Part shown: positions 1-9,099 of the stretch, piece after piece
Layout: the number at the start of each line of letters is the position of its first letter
Position numbering within the stretch: position 1 is the stretch's first letter
Virus record (IMG/VR): IMGVR_UViG_3300035212_003113
Location: 1 to 64,000 of that record
Reading direction: 5' to 3' (one strand)
Length of the DNA stretch: 64,000 nt
Translations under genes and position numbers: made by a program
The notes under the pieces: model-generated
Told to the model about the DNA's origin: nothing
Seen by the model: the letters and a program-made list of their open reading frames with translations, nothing else
The model's database searches: none

Positions 1-29
1 CATTAGACTGCCTTTGCACGGAGGACAAA

Positions 30-494
30 ATGAAACTAGACGTCTGGTCTCTCCTCGATGCTGGTGGCGTCTTTCAATACGGAAGGTACGAGATCAGGAA
101 CAGTAATGGCTTGCTTCACCGGGATGACGGCCCTGCTGCCATCTTTCCTGATGGCACTCAGCTTTGGTACCGGAATGGCTTGCTTCACCGGGATGATGGC
201 CCTGCTGCCATAGAGTCTAATGGTATACGATACTGGTACCGGAATGGCGAGCGTCACCGGGATGACGCCCCTGCTATCATCTGTCCTGATGGTAGTTGTC
301 ATTGGTACCGTGATGGCCAGCGTCACCGGGATGACGGGCCTGCTGCTATCTATCCGGATGGTACTCGGCTTTGGTATCGGCATGGCATGCGTCACCGGGA
401 AGACGGCCCAGCTATCATCTATCCTGATGGTAAGGGGTCTTGGCACCTGAATGGCGCCTATCAACACAAGGTAGGATGGATAAGTGAAACTTGA
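30..494 (+). CDS. HRxDGPA-repeat protein (5 repeats)
   Basis: 23-aa HR(D/E)DGPAxxYPDGxxxWYRNG repeats; N-term MKLDVW-SLLDAGG (lacks the ~5-aa EAISS-type segment of its paralogs). Confidence 0.85.
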   Translation: MKLDVWSLLDAGGVFQYGRYEIRNSNGLLHRDDGPAAIFPDGTQLWYRNGLLHRDDGPAAIESNGIRYWYRNGERHRDDAPAIICPDGSCHWYRDGQRHRDDGPAAIYPDGTRLWYRHGMRHREDGPAIIYPDGKGSWHLNGAYQHKVGWISET

Positions 495-951
495 TGCCTG
501 GGAAGCCATCTCATCCCTCATTGCAGCCGGCGGTGTCTTTCAATACGGAAGGTATCAGATTGTAGATAGTAATGGCGAGCTTCACCGGGAAGACGGACCT
601 GCTGTTGTATATCCACACGGTACTCAGTATTGGTATCGTAGCGACCAGCTACACAGGGATGATGGTCCTGCTATTATCTATCCGGATGGTAGTCAGGAAT
701 GGTACAGGAATGGCAAGCTCCACCGGGACAATGGGCCTGCTGTTGTATATCCAGATGGCACTCAGCATTGGTACCGGAACGACGAGCCTCACCGGGATGA
801 CGGGCCTGCTACCATCTATTCAAATGGCACTCAGAAATGGTACCGGGATGGCAAGCCTCACCGAGAAGACGGGCCTGCTATCATTTATTCAGACGGTACT
901 AAATCCTGGTATTTGAATGGCAAACTCCAGAAATGGCAAAATCCAGAGTAA
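484..951 (+). CDS. HRxDGPA-repeat protein (5 repeats)
   Basis: GTG start, MKLDAWEAISSLIAAGG N-term, 23-aa repeats. Confidence 0.85.
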   Translation: MKLDAWEAISSLIAAGGVFQYGRYQIVDSNGELHREDGPAVVYPHGTQYWYRSDQLHRDDGPAIIYPDGSQEWYRNGKLHRDNGPAVVYPDGTQHWYRNDEPHRDDGPATIYSNGTQKWYRDGKPHREDGPAIIYSDGTKSWYLNGKLQKWQNPE

Positions 952-958
952 AAAATAA

Positions 959-1282
959 ATGAAACTAGATGTCTGGGAAGCAATATCTTCCCTCCTCGAT
1001 GCCGGCGGTAAGTTTCAAGACGATAGGTATGAGGTCCGGGCTAGTAATGGCCATCTCCATCGGGGCGACGGGCCTGCTATCATATATGCAGACGGCACTC
1101 AGGAATGGTACCGGAATGGCGCGCTTCATCGGGGCGACGGCCCTGCGGTCATACTACCTAATGGCACTCAAAGCTGGTACCGGAATGGCCTGCGTCACCG
1201 GGCCGACGGTCCTGCTATCATCTATCCAGATGGTGATCAGGAATGGTACCGGGATGGCAATCGTCACTGGGTAGATAAATGA
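959..1282 (+). CDS. HRxDGPA-repeat protein (3 repeats)
   Basis: shared N-term plus repeats. Confidence 0.85.
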   Translation: MKLDVWEAISSLLDAGGKFQDDRYEVRASNGHLHRGDGPAIIYADGTQEWYRNGALHRGDGPAVILPNGTQSWYRNGLRHRADGPAIIYPDGDQEWYRDGNRHWVDK

Positions 1283-1575
1283 AACTAGAAGTCTGGGAAG
1301 ACATATTCTCCCTCATTGAAGCAGGCGGTACCTTTCAAAACGGAAGGTACGAGCTTACAAATAATAATGGAAAGATTCACCGGGATGGCGGCCCAGCTCT
1401 GATATATCTGGACGGTAGGCGCTATTGGTACCAGAATGGCCTGCGTCACCGGGCCTACGGTCCTGCTCTTACATATCCCGATGGCAGACAGTATTGGTAC
1501 TGGAACGGCGCGCTTGTTGATGAGCGGATCGGGGAGGGTTATCGTCAATCCGGTTCCACCGGGAAGATAAAATGA
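1279..1575 (+). CDS. HRxDGPA-repeat protein (2 repeats)
   Basis: shared N-term plus repeats; ATGA overlap. Confidence 0.85.
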   Translation: MKLEVWEDIFSLIEAGGTFQNGRYELTNNNGKIHRDGGPALIYLDGRRYWYQNGLRHRAYGPALTYPDGRQYWYWNGALVDERIGEGYRQSGSTGKIK

Positions 1576-1967
1576 AACTAGATCTCTGGGAAGCCTTGTC
1601 ATCTATCATCGAAGCAGGTGGTGTCTTTCGAAACGGAATATATGAGATCAGGAATAGTAATGGCATGATTCACCGGGATGACGGACCTGCCATTATATCT
1701 CAAGACGGTAGGCACTATTGGTACCGGGATGGCGTGCTTCATCGGGAAGACGGGCCTGCTATCGCATGTCCAGACGGTACTCAGGAGTGGTACCGGAACG
1801 GTACTATTCATCGGGATGGCGGGCCTGCTCTTATATATCAGGATGGTACTCAGGTTTGGTATCAGAATGATGAGATTCACCGTGATGATGGCCCTGCTAT
1901 TATCCATCCAGATGGCACTGAGATTTGGTGCCAGGATGGCCAGCGTAAACATAAGGCAGGAGACTAG
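1572..1967 (+). CDS. HRxDGPA-repeat protein (4 repeats)
   Basis: shared N-term plus repeats; ATGA overlap. Confidence 0.85.
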   Translation: MKLDLWEALSSIIEAGGVFRNGIYEIRNSNGMIHRDDGPAIISQDGRHYWYRDGVLHREDGPAIACPDGTQEWYRNGTIHRDGGPALIYQDGTQVWYQNDEIHRDDGPAIIHPDGTEIWCQDGQRKHKAGD

Positions 1968-2495
1968 ATGAAACTAGACGTCTGGAAAGCAATATCCTCC
2001 CTCCTCGATGCTGGCGGTAAGTTTGAGCACGGAAGATACCAGATCAGGAACAGTAAGGGCCATCTTCACCGGGAAGACGGGCCTGCTGAGGTATTCCCTG
2101 ACGGCTTCCAATACTGGTACCGGAATGGCGTGCTCCACCGTGATGACGGGCCTGCTGAGGTATTCCCTGACGGTAGGCAATGCTGGTACCGGAATGGCCA
2201 GCTACACCGGGAAGACGGGCCTGCCATTGTAGATCCGGATGGCAGTCATCATTGGTACCGGAATGACAAGATTCATCGGGATGATGGACCAGCTATCATT
2301 CATCCAGATGGTGAACAGCATTGGTACCAGAACGACGAGCCTCACCGGGAAGATGGGCCTGCTGTTATATTTTCAGACGGCAAACAATTTTGGTACCGGA
2401 ATGGCAAGCCTCACCGGGATGATGGACCAGCTATCATCTATCCAGACGGTACTCAGAAATGGTATCTGAATGGCAAACTTCAGAGTAAAAAATAA
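1968..2495 (+). CDS. HRxDGPA-repeat protein (6 repeats)
   Basis: shared N-term plus repeats. Confidence 0.85.
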   Translation: MKLDVWKAISSLLDAGGKFEHGRYQIRNSKGHLHREDGPAEVFPDGFQYWYRNGVLHRDDGPAEVFPDGRQCWYRNGQLHREDGPAIVDPDGSHHWYRNDKIHRDDGPAIIHPDGEQHWYQNDEPHREDGPAVIFSDGKQFWYRNGKPHRDDGPAIIYPDGTQKWYLNGKLQSKK

Positions 2496-2843
2496 ATGAA
2501 ACTAGATCTCTGGGAGGCTATCTCATCTCTCCTCCAAGCCGGAGGTGCCTTTCAACACATGAGGTACGAGATCAGGAATAATCATGGCGGGCTTCACCGG
2601 GATGATGGACCTGCTGTCATATATCCAAATGGCAAGCAGGAGTGGTACCGTAATGGCCAGCTTCACCGGGATGATGGACCTGCCGTCATATATCCAAGTA
2701 GTCAATACTGGTATCGCAATGGCCTGATTCATAGGGATGATGGTCCAGCAATTACATATTCAGATGGTGCTCAGTTCTGGTACCTGAATGGCAAGCGCTT
2801 TGGGGAAGATGAAAATGAAGATCCCGAGGAATACTTCCTGTAA
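2496..2843 (+). CDS. HRxDGPA-repeat protein (3 repeats)
   Basis: shared N-term plus repeats; acidic tail. Confidence 0.85.
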   Translation: MKLDLWEAISSLLQAGGAFQHMRYEIRNNHGGLHRDDGPAVIYPNGKQEWYRNGQLHRDDGPAVIYPSSQYWYRNGLIHRDDGPAITYSDGAQFWYLNGKRFGEDENEDPEEYFL

Positions 2844-2944
2844 GGCAAACTACTCCAGTAATCCACACATGAGGCATGCTGGCACACCATGTCCACAAAA
2901 AAGAAAATACTCACAGGACTGAGAGCTGACACGACGACCCGGCC

Positions 2945-2970
2945 CTAAAGCCGGAGTCCCCCGATCCTGA
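2945..2970 (+). promoter_or_regulatory. CTAAA-N13-GATCCTGA motif copy 1
   Basis: CTAAA gccggagtccccc GATCCTGA aggt CGA; promoter role inferred. Confidence 0.65.
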
Positions 2971-3018
2971 AGGTCGAACCCGCCGCAATCGACCGCATCA
3001 CTAACCAGCAACAATAGG

Positions 3019-3231
3019 ATGGTTATGTACGACGACAACTTTGATCACGACAACTATTGCTTTGCAGATCCAGGTGGTAACTCCGCATTGCGTGCAGCTA
3101 CACGCCGCAATCCACGCAACATCCCTTGCCCGACTTGCAAGGAACCAAACCGCTTGACTCCTGCTGATAAAGCTCGCGGCTATCAGTGCGACTCATGCGC
3201 AGATAGGGATGAACGCGGCGGGGACTACTGA
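3019..3231 (+). CDS. small CxxC-CxxC zinc-ribbon-like protein
   Basis: CPTC...CDSC; paralog of 38141..38323. Confidence 0.7.
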   Translation: MVMYDDNFDHDNYCFADPGGNSALRAATRRNPRNIPCPTCKEPNRLTPADKARGYQCDSCADRDERGGDY

Positions 3232-3274
3232 GTAAGAAATATCTATTCTTGTACAGCACTAACAAGGACGGCAT

Positions 3275-3571
3275 ATGAAACACGTTATTTCTGGCAGCGG
3301 CGCTCATCGTATCGAGTGGGGTTCTGCCATTGGTGAGATGACCGGGTATCGTGGCATTGCACAACTCGAGATTGATGGCAAAGTATTCTGCGCTACCACT
3401 GAATACTGGGCGGGAACCCTGCCACCCTTCTTTGAGATCCGGCCTGTTGCCTATACGGAAGACTATCGAAAAGATGGCATCACTGAGGCTGACCAAAGAA
3501 GTCTAAAGGCTTCGATGGATTTCATTAGCCGCTCTTTCTCTGGTGTATCTAACCACAGCCCGAAAGAATAA
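3275..3571 (+). CDS. hypothetical protein
   Basis: ORF with AAGGA SD. Confidence 0.7.
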   Translation: MKHVISGSGAHRIEWGSAIGEMTGYRGIAQLEIDGKVFCATTEYWAGTLPPFFEIRPVAYTEDYRKDGITEADQRSLKASMDFISRSFSGVSNHSPKE

Positions 3572-3572
3572 A

Positions 3573-3887
3573 ATGATTTCTCTACCATTTCATTCCATCA
3601 GCGAGCGACGCCCTAGCGACGGGCAAGAAGTGGCCTGGATTAGACGTGGAGCGGCATTTGGTTTTGATTCTTTCGAGATTCGCTATGATACCGCAGATTA
3701 TTGCTGGTTTGAACTAGGCGAAGATGGCGAGCACAACGGCACCCAGATCGGCTACAGCGGCGAAGAATCTCTTGAAGGTTGCCGCCTAGAAGTAATGTTC
3801 GGGAATGAAACCGCAGACCCGGAAACTCTCTGGTGTTCCATGGAAGAAATCTGGAAGATTCTTGACACAGAAAATCCGCAGCCGTGA
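3573..3887 (+). CDS. hypothetical protein
   Basis: ORF tiling between neighbours; start at second Met of track ORF. Confidence 0.7.
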   Translation: MISLPFHSISERRPSDGQEVAWIRRGAAFGFDSFEIRYDTADYCWFELGEDGEHNGTQIGYSGEESLEGCRLEVMFGNETADPETLWCSMEEIWKILDTENPQP

Positions 3888-4147
3888 AGCTGGATGACTG
3901 GGAGATGCGGGTCGCATTTGCTAAGGAAGACTGGCCGGAGGTTATTTCTATTATGGAATCTACCTTCGGTATCTCCCTGGTTGGCAGACCTACAAGAATC
4001 AATAGAGGCTTTTCTCAGTACCCAGAGATCTGGATCTGCATGCCACGCGGCGGCGCTGAATACGGTTGGTCAGGCCGATCCGGCTTTACCCAGGGACCGC
4101 TAGGCATTCCGATAGGCGAAGATATACAAATCTTTACCACAAAATAA
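3884..4147 (+). CDS. family A paralog
   Basis: MKLDDWEMRVAFAKEDW...TFG...YGW...GF. Confidence 0.8.
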   Translation: MKLDDWEMRVAFAKEDWPEVISIMESTFGISLVGRPTRINRGFSQYPEIWICMPRGGAEYGWSGRSGFTQGPLGIPIGEDIQIFTTK

Positions 4148-4160
4148 ATCAGGAGCAATC

Positions 4161-4634
4161 ATGCTGAGCAGCCGTACCCTCACGATCATGCGTGGCCTGC
4201 CCGGTAGCGGCAAGAGCCACCTCGCACACGCCCTTGCAAACATTCCCGGAGTTTCTCCCGCTCCGGTCTTCTCCACCGATGATTTCTTCATGGTGGATGG
4301 GGAGTACCGCTTTGACGGCAAGCTCCTCGGCAAACACCATGCGGCTAATCTGGCCCGTGCGGTTGCTGCTATGGATGCAGGAACTTCCCATATTATTATT
4401 GACAATACTAACACGCAGGCTTGGGAAGCCCGCGAGTATGTTCGTAACGCGGAGCGATGTGGATATCGCGTACAGTTTATTGAGCCTGCAACCGCATGGG
4501 CGCGAGATCCTGAAGAGTGTGCCCGCCGCAACTCTCATGGCGTACCGTTGCATGCTATTCGTAGTATGTTGGCCCGCTGGGAGACAGATCTGACTGTCGA
4601 GGCCTGCCTGGCAGCCAAGGCCCCCTGGGAATAA
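4161..4634 (+). CDS. P-loop kinase (AAA_33 / polynucleotide-kinase-like)
   Basis: MRGLPGSGKS Walker A, IIIDNTN, RNSHGVP motifs. Confidence 0.8.
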   Translation: MLSSRTLTIMRGLPGSGKSHLAHALANIPGVSPAPVFSTDDFFMVDGEYRFDGKLLGKHHAANLARAVAAMDAGTSHIIIDNTNTQAWEAREYVRNAERCGYRVQFIEPATAWARDPEECARRNSHGVPLHAIRSMLARWETDLTVEACLAAKAPWE

Positions 4635-4649
4635 TCAAGATAGAAAATC

Positions 4650-5036
4650 ATGAAACTTGATACCTGGGAAACTATTTCTTCAATCATTGAAGCCGGTGGT
4701 GTTTACAAAAACGGGTATTACTGCGTTCGCAACAGCAGGGGCCGGCTTCACCGGGATGACGGACCCGCTGCCATATATCCAGATGGTACTCAGTGTTGGT
4801 ACCAGGATGGCGGGCTTCACCGGGGTGATGGGCCAGCTATTATCTATCCAGATGGTACTCAATACTGGTGCCGGAATGGCAAGCGTCACCGGGATAACGG
4901 ACCAGCTATTATCTATCCAGATGGTACTCAGGAATGGTACAGGGCTGGACAGAGAGTGCCAGCCCCGCCCGCCCTAAAGCCGGACCCGCCCGATCCTGAG
5001 CGGTGCCCCGAACGCCACCAACAAGGAGCAATATGA
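4650..5036 (+). CDS. HRxDGPA-repeat protein (3 repeats)
   Basis: shared N-term plus repeats; C-term reads through motif copy 2. Confidence 0.85.
   Translation: MKLDTWETISSIIEAGGVYKNGYYCVRNSRGRLHRDDGPAAIYPDGTQCWYQDGGLHRGDGPAIIYPDGTQYWCRNGKRHRDNGPAIIYPDGTQEWYRAGQRVPAPPALKPDPPDPERCPERHQQGAI
4974..4999 (+). promoter_or_regulatory. motif copy 2
   Basis: CTAAA gccggacccgccc GATCCTGA. Confidence 0.6.
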
Positions 5037-5221
5037 ACAGCGCCAAGCGAATGTCTGATCTTTTTCTGAACGTCGTACTGATGCATGGCTTCCGCGAGAC
5101 GGATGAGCGCTTTTTCACAGCCTTCAATAACGGGGGCGACTTTGACCCGTTCGCGTTTGATGCCACCTATGACGTACTCATCGAGGACGTGCAGCGCTAT
5201 ATCCTCCCGCAGGAAGCATGA
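5033..5221 (+). CDS. hypothetical protein
   Basis: AAGGAG SD, ATGA overlaps. Confidence 0.65.
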   Translation: MNSAKRMSDLFLNVVLMHGFRETDERFFTAFNNGGDFDPFAFDATYDVLIEDVQRYILPQEA

Positions 5222-5454
5222 TGCTCACCATTATTGCTGCCCTTCTTGCCGGCGCTGTAGTAGGCCGCGTCACGGCAGCCCTGGCCGGAGAAACGATGAT
5301 CTCGAGCTACTGGATCTTCGTCATCGCCTGTCTCTGGCTGTTGGATCGCACGGTTGGTGTGACCATCACAGAGACGTGGCGAAGTGTTCTGGCTGAAAAG
5401 AGGCGCATCCGTGAAGAAGAAAGAGCACGGCACGCACTCGAGGGAGACGTATGA
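5218..5454 (+). CDS. small membrane protein
   Basis: two hydrophobic segments. Confidence 0.6.
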   Translation: MMLTIIAALLAGAVVGRVTAALAGETMISSYWIFVIACLWLLDRTVGVTITETWRSVLAEKRRIREEERARHALEGDV

Positions 5455-5568
5455 CCACACTCGTCCAGCTCACAAAGAATGCGACTCTGTAGTATTCATC
5501 CGAAATTCATAGACAAAGCTGGCCTCGGCACGCTGCCCGCCTATTCCTAATCTACCAAGGAGTCCCCC

Positions 5569-5931
5569 ATGACCGCTGATATCCTGCCTATCCGTGGAAA
5601 AACGCTTACCGATATTACCGGTATCAAGGATGATGACGTCCGCTTTCATTGCGATGATGGTACCGTTTATCGGATGCGCCACCATCAGTCATGCTGCGAG
5701 AGCGTTGGCATCGAGCAGGTCGATGGCGAAATCTCGGATCTTATTGGACCGCCACTCTCTATTGCAGAGGTGGTGTTCAAGGAGCGAGACTCGGAATACG
5801 GCAGCGAAGGCTGGACCTTTTACCGCTTTGCTACGGTCAAAGGCTATGTCACAATCCGCTGGAGCGGCAGCTCTAATGGCTATTACTCCATCCGCGTAGA
5901 CTTTGATCAGGATGATGGTGATGACTACTAG
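5569..5931 (+). CDS. phage-type hypothetical protein
   Basis: CCESV...WTFY...SNGYYS pattern recalled from phage hypotheticals; AAGGAG SD. Confidence 0.75.
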   Translation: MTADILPIRGKTLTDITGIKDDDVRFHCDDGTVYRMRHHQSCCESVGIEQVDGEISDLIGPPLSIAEVVFKERDSEYGSEGWTFYRFATVKGYVTIRWSGSSNGYYSIRVDFDQDDGDDY

Positions 5932-6175
5932 AGGTCAAAAGTTTGTGTCTTTTGTACTGCGCGGGCACGCCCTGCCCGATCAGTATGTGCATGAATCTCG
6001 TACCAGGCTTGTTCTACTTGATGCAGGCGATAGCCATTGGCGAGCTTTCTATAAGGAACGCCGCCTTTGGAACAAGCCGCTATCTGATTGGGACTATGAT
6101 TATCTACGTCCGCTGGGCGTAGCCTTCTCGGACACAGGCGCTGCTATACGCTGGGCTTCTGGCGGGAAGGCATAA
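5921..6175 (+). CDS. hypothetical protein
   Basis: 11-nt overlap with upstream stop. Confidence 0.6.
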   Translation: MTTRGQKFVSFVLRGHALPDQYVHESRTRLVLLDAGDSHWRAFYKERRLWNKPLSDWDYDYLRPLGVAFSDTGAAIRWASGGKA

Positions 6176-6188
6176 GGGGGAATCGCTT

Positions 6189-6383
6189 ATGAGCCATAAT
6201 GAAAAGATGCAGCTTTGGATTCAGGATGCCGGCTGGCGAGGCTGCTGCATTGTCATCGCCCTAGATGAAGCCGCTGCCCGCGCTATGATGGCAGCAGAAA
6301 CCTGGAACTATTCTGCTGATGAGCCGCTGCGCGCTTATGATCTGGATGCCGGTTTCAAGCATGTGAATATCGGCGACCAGTGA
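6189..6383 (+). CDS. hypothetical protein
   Basis: ORF with GGGGG SD. Confidence 0.6.
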   Translation: MSHNEKMQLWIQDAGWRGCCIVIALDEAAARAMMAAETWNYSADEPLRAYDLDAGFKHVNIGDQ

Positions 6384-6476
6384 AGAAGTTTCTTTTCTTT
6401 ATAAACAGTAATAACCTTTGCTGTAAGGTCTACTTGTTAGACAGCCGATATCGGCAGAAAGAACAGGTAGAAGTAA

Positions 6477-6908
6477 ATGAATAAGTTGGAAAAGATTGTT
6501 GAAGGCGGCGTCGTAAAGGTTCGAGTTGTCGGCTCTCCCGGCAAGGCAAGTCATCCACTAATGTCTAGCAATGGACAATTCTTCATAAATGTAGGGGCCG
6601 CAGCCAAGGCCTTTGTCCTTAGCTCAGCAACTATAAACAACGCAATCAAGAGTGGCCGTCCTGTAAAAGGACAAACAATTAGGCTTGCCACTGAGCAAGA
6701 AGTCGACCGGTTTATTGCAGTTAAAATCTCTGCACCAGCTCATTTGCCACCTAGCCCTGCACCAAATAAGCTAGACTTTGCCCCCGGTAAACTCTATGAG
6801 GGTAAGATCGCTGCCGATGGTAGCGTAACACTGACACGCCGCCTTGCAGGTCTTGCAGAAGTGCCAAGGGATATTCTAAATGATATTGAATGGAATACCT
6901 CTGCCTAA
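6477..6908 (+). CDS. hypothetical protein
   Basis: 143-aa ORF. Confidence 0.65.
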   Translation: MNKLEKIVEGGVVKVRVVGSPGKASHPLMSSNGQFFINVGAAAKAFVLSSATINNAIKSGRPVKGQTIRLATEQEVDRFIAVKISAPAHLPPSPAPNKLDFAPGKLYEGKIAADGSVTLTRRLAGLAEVPRDILNDIEWNTSA

Positions 6909-6911
6909 AAA

Positions 6912-7118
6912 ATGAAACTATTTGCTGAATACCTACTGGTAGATAGGGATCGCAAGTTTGTGCTGAGATTTGGCAGCGACACGTCCTCTCATCACATGCT
7001 ACATATGCGGGATGTTTATAGCGTTATCTATAGGCATCTTGCCCCGCTGCACATAGCTGCGGTAGATGTATTAGGTGAGCTGCATGTTCTAGATCTGGAC
7101 CGGCATGAAGCTGATTAG
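6912..7118 (+). CDS. family B paralog
   Basis: MKLFAEY...DVLGEL. Confidence 0.7.
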   Translation: MKLFAEYLLVDRDRKFVLRFGSDTSSHHMLHMRDVYSVIYRHLAPLHIAAVDVLGELHVLDLDRHEAD

Positions 7119-7302
7119 CTTTTATCAGATACGCACCGACAGCGGCTTGCGCTACTCGCAAGTACACGGCTCACATACCCGCGAAGAGGCAATTTTAGAA
7201 TACCATAGACTGCAATGGTTTCAGGATCGTCCGCTGCGACTGTATGAAATAAGCGTGCTAGGCGATGAGCGCGACATAACTCCAGAGGGCTTTAGATCAT
7301 GA
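7105..7302 (+). CDS. family B paralog
   Basis: MKLISFY...SVLGDER; 14-nt overlap. Confidence 0.7.
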   Translation: MKLISFYQIRTDSGLRYSQVHGSHTREEAILEYHRLQWFQDRPLRLYEISVLGDERDITPEGFRS

Positions 7303-7547
7303 GTGTTTGCAATCACCTTCCGGGCACGTTCTGTCACGACTGCTATAGCATTGCCGCTACGCCCCATGCCGATGGCACCCTTTCTACTGGTGCGCTGCCG
7401 CAGTCTACCAGTCCTGCCGAAGCAGATATCCTAAAACAACTACAGGAGCTGCGCGACGAAGTGGAAGAAATCCAGGAAGATTTACGCTACCTGCTATCGC
7501 ATGTGGCACCGGCAGGCAGCCGCCGTCGCTATAAAAAGCGGACATAG
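7299..7547 (+). CDS. hypothetical protein (Cys-rich N-term, coiled coil)
   Basis: ATGA overlap. Confidence 0.6.
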   Translation: MSVCNHLPGTFCHDCYSIAATPHADGTLSTGALPQSTSPAEADILKQLQELRDEVEEIQEDLRYLLSHVAPAGSRRRYKKRT

Positions 7548-7548
7548 T

Positions 7549-7758
7549 ATGAAGCTAATCAGTCACTATCTAGTATACGATAACCGCAATCTCCTGCGAG
7601 GAAGCATTCCACCGGAAAGGTTTACCACGCAAACCCGCGCGCAAATAACCGCATACTTCTTATCCGGTCTAGCCTACTTTGTTCGCAGACGCATGTTGCC
7701 TCTGCGCTTTATTGAGGTTAACGTACTAGGCGACCAGCGCGAGGTAAGTTTAGACTGA
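7549..7758 (+). CDS. family B paralog
   Basis: MKLISHY...NVLGDQR. Confidence 0.7.
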   Translation: MKLISHYLVYDNRNLLRGSIPPERFTTQTRAQITAYFLSGLAYFVRRRMLPLRFIEVNVLGDQREVSLD

Positions 7759-7967
7759 TGGAATCCCCACACGCCAGCAACATAGACTTCATGATAAAAG
7801 CTCTGGAGTCTAATCCAGATAAGAAGTTTATTGTTCTAGAAGGCAGCGGTCCCGGAGATACTCTGCTGATTGTCTGGCGGAGCGCCAACGAACGAGCGCC
7901 CGGACAATACTACGAGATCCGCGTTGCAGAGATCAAAGAAACTGCTTTCATTCAGGTGAGCAAATGA
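7758..7967 (+). CDS. hypothetical protein
   Basis: TGATG overlap. Confidence 0.6.
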   Translation: MESPHASNIDFMIKALESNPDKKFIVLEGSGPGDTLLIVWRSANERAPGQYYEIRVAEIKETAFIQVSK

Positions 7968-8272
7968 AACTGGACGCTTTCGCTTTGCGAAACGCTGTTG
8001 CAAACAAGGACATAAAAACAATCCTTGATTTGTTCGCAGTGCATTTTGAAGACATAGCCCGCCGGAAGGATGAGCAATGGCAAATAAAGATTTGTCCGTG
8101 GGAACCGCTAGGAATGCTGCGACTAAGAACATCTAGCGGATCTTCCTGCTGGAACGGCCTTGATTACTTCAATGACAGTAAGCTTTACTCTCGTAATGGG
8201 ATAAACCTCATTATGTTTGCCCCGGATTTCTGTAGTGAAACTTGTTCTATTGTTACTGGCACAACTAGATGA
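7964..8272 (+). CDS. family A paralog
   Basis: MKLDAFALRNAV...HF...CW. Confidence 0.7.
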   Translation: MKLDAFALRNAVANKDIKTILDLFAVHFEDIARRKDEQWQIKICPWEPLGMLRLRTSSGSSCWNGLDYFNDSKLYSRNGINLIMFAPDFCSETCSIVTGTTR

Positions 8273-8483
8273 CGCCGGCGATAAGACAGGCATGATTGCC
8301 GCCATAGCCCACTACTTTGGTATCCCTCTACCAAACAATGTCCGCGACATGCGCGACAAGGGAGATGCGTGGAGCCTGCTTGTGATTAGCTATGGCAACA
8401 ATTGCTATTATTTTTACGCTAATGGATCGTCTTCAGTTATTGATTTCAAAGCACCGCTAGATAATATAGGTACCATCTTCTAG
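8235..8483 (+). CDS. family A paralog (divergent)
   Basis: GTG MKLV...AHYFGI. Confidence 0.6.
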   Translation: MKLVLLLLAQLDDAGDKTGMIAAIAHYFGIPLPNNVRDMRDKGDAWSLLVISYGNNCYYFYANGSSSVIDFKAPLDNIGTIF

Positions 8484-8485
8484 CC

Positions 8486-8752
8486 ATGAAGCTACTTGAC
8501 CTCCAACTGGACGAAGCATTTGCTGTCCGTGATTATGACGGCATGGTGACGCTAGTTGCGCAGCACCTAAGCATACGGCTCCCAAGAGAGAGGGCGGCTA
8601 TAGATACATCTAGTCCCGGCAACTGGCGCTGGGGCCGAGTGGTTATTTATCAAGATGGCTCCCGCTATATCTATTGCCGTGGTGGTGGCAGTAGAACAAG
8701 TCCTACTGTTTCCATCTTTGATTGCGGAATCATATCAGAGTTGCCAAGATGA
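8486..8752 (+). CDS. family A paralog
   Basis: MKLLDLQLDEAF..RDY...HL. Confidence 0.7.
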   Translation: MKLLDLQLDEAFAVRDYDGMVTLVAQHLSIRLPRERAAIDTSSPGNWRWGRVVIYQDGSRYIYCRGGGSRTSPTVSIFDCGIISELPR

Positions 8753-9039
8753 AGCTAGAGTCGTATGCTATGCGCGAGGCGCTGGAGGCCGGAGATACGG
8801 CCACCGCTGTGCGCGTGCTTGCGACCTACTATGGCTTTCCTGATCCGGTAGAAATACCGATTACCGTAATCGGCAAAAACATGCCGCCTTTTGAAAGAGA
8901 AAGACGCCTGCTATTCTGGTGCGGCGACGACTTCTATGAGTGGAGTTCTGAGTCCGGCTTTGACCGGGGCGTGCATCCTTATTCCCTAGGCAGCGACGTA
9001 GCACCGAGCCGCATAGAAAGCATCATTCTTTGGAAATAG
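8749..9039 (+). CDS. family A paralog
   Basis: MKLESYAMREAL...YYG...YEW...GF. Confidence 0.8.
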   Translation: MKLESYAMREALEAGDTATAVRVLATYYGFPDPVEIPITVIGKNMPPFERERRLLFWCGDDFYEWSSESGFDRGVHPYSLGSDVAPSRIESIILWK

Positions 9040-9099
9040 CATATGCTGGCTACCAGACGCCGCCCGCCCCTTTTGCTATGAATACTCGAGTGACTTGTC

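Noticed and set aside
36-2732. Alternative-frame and antisense ORFs over the repeat array (MTG.../IPV... repeats)
   Set aside because: They are shadows of the 69-nt coding repeat with no SD or independent features.
4500-4515. GATCCTGA inside the kinase gene
   Set aside because: No CTAAA 13 nt upstream; encodes RDPE.
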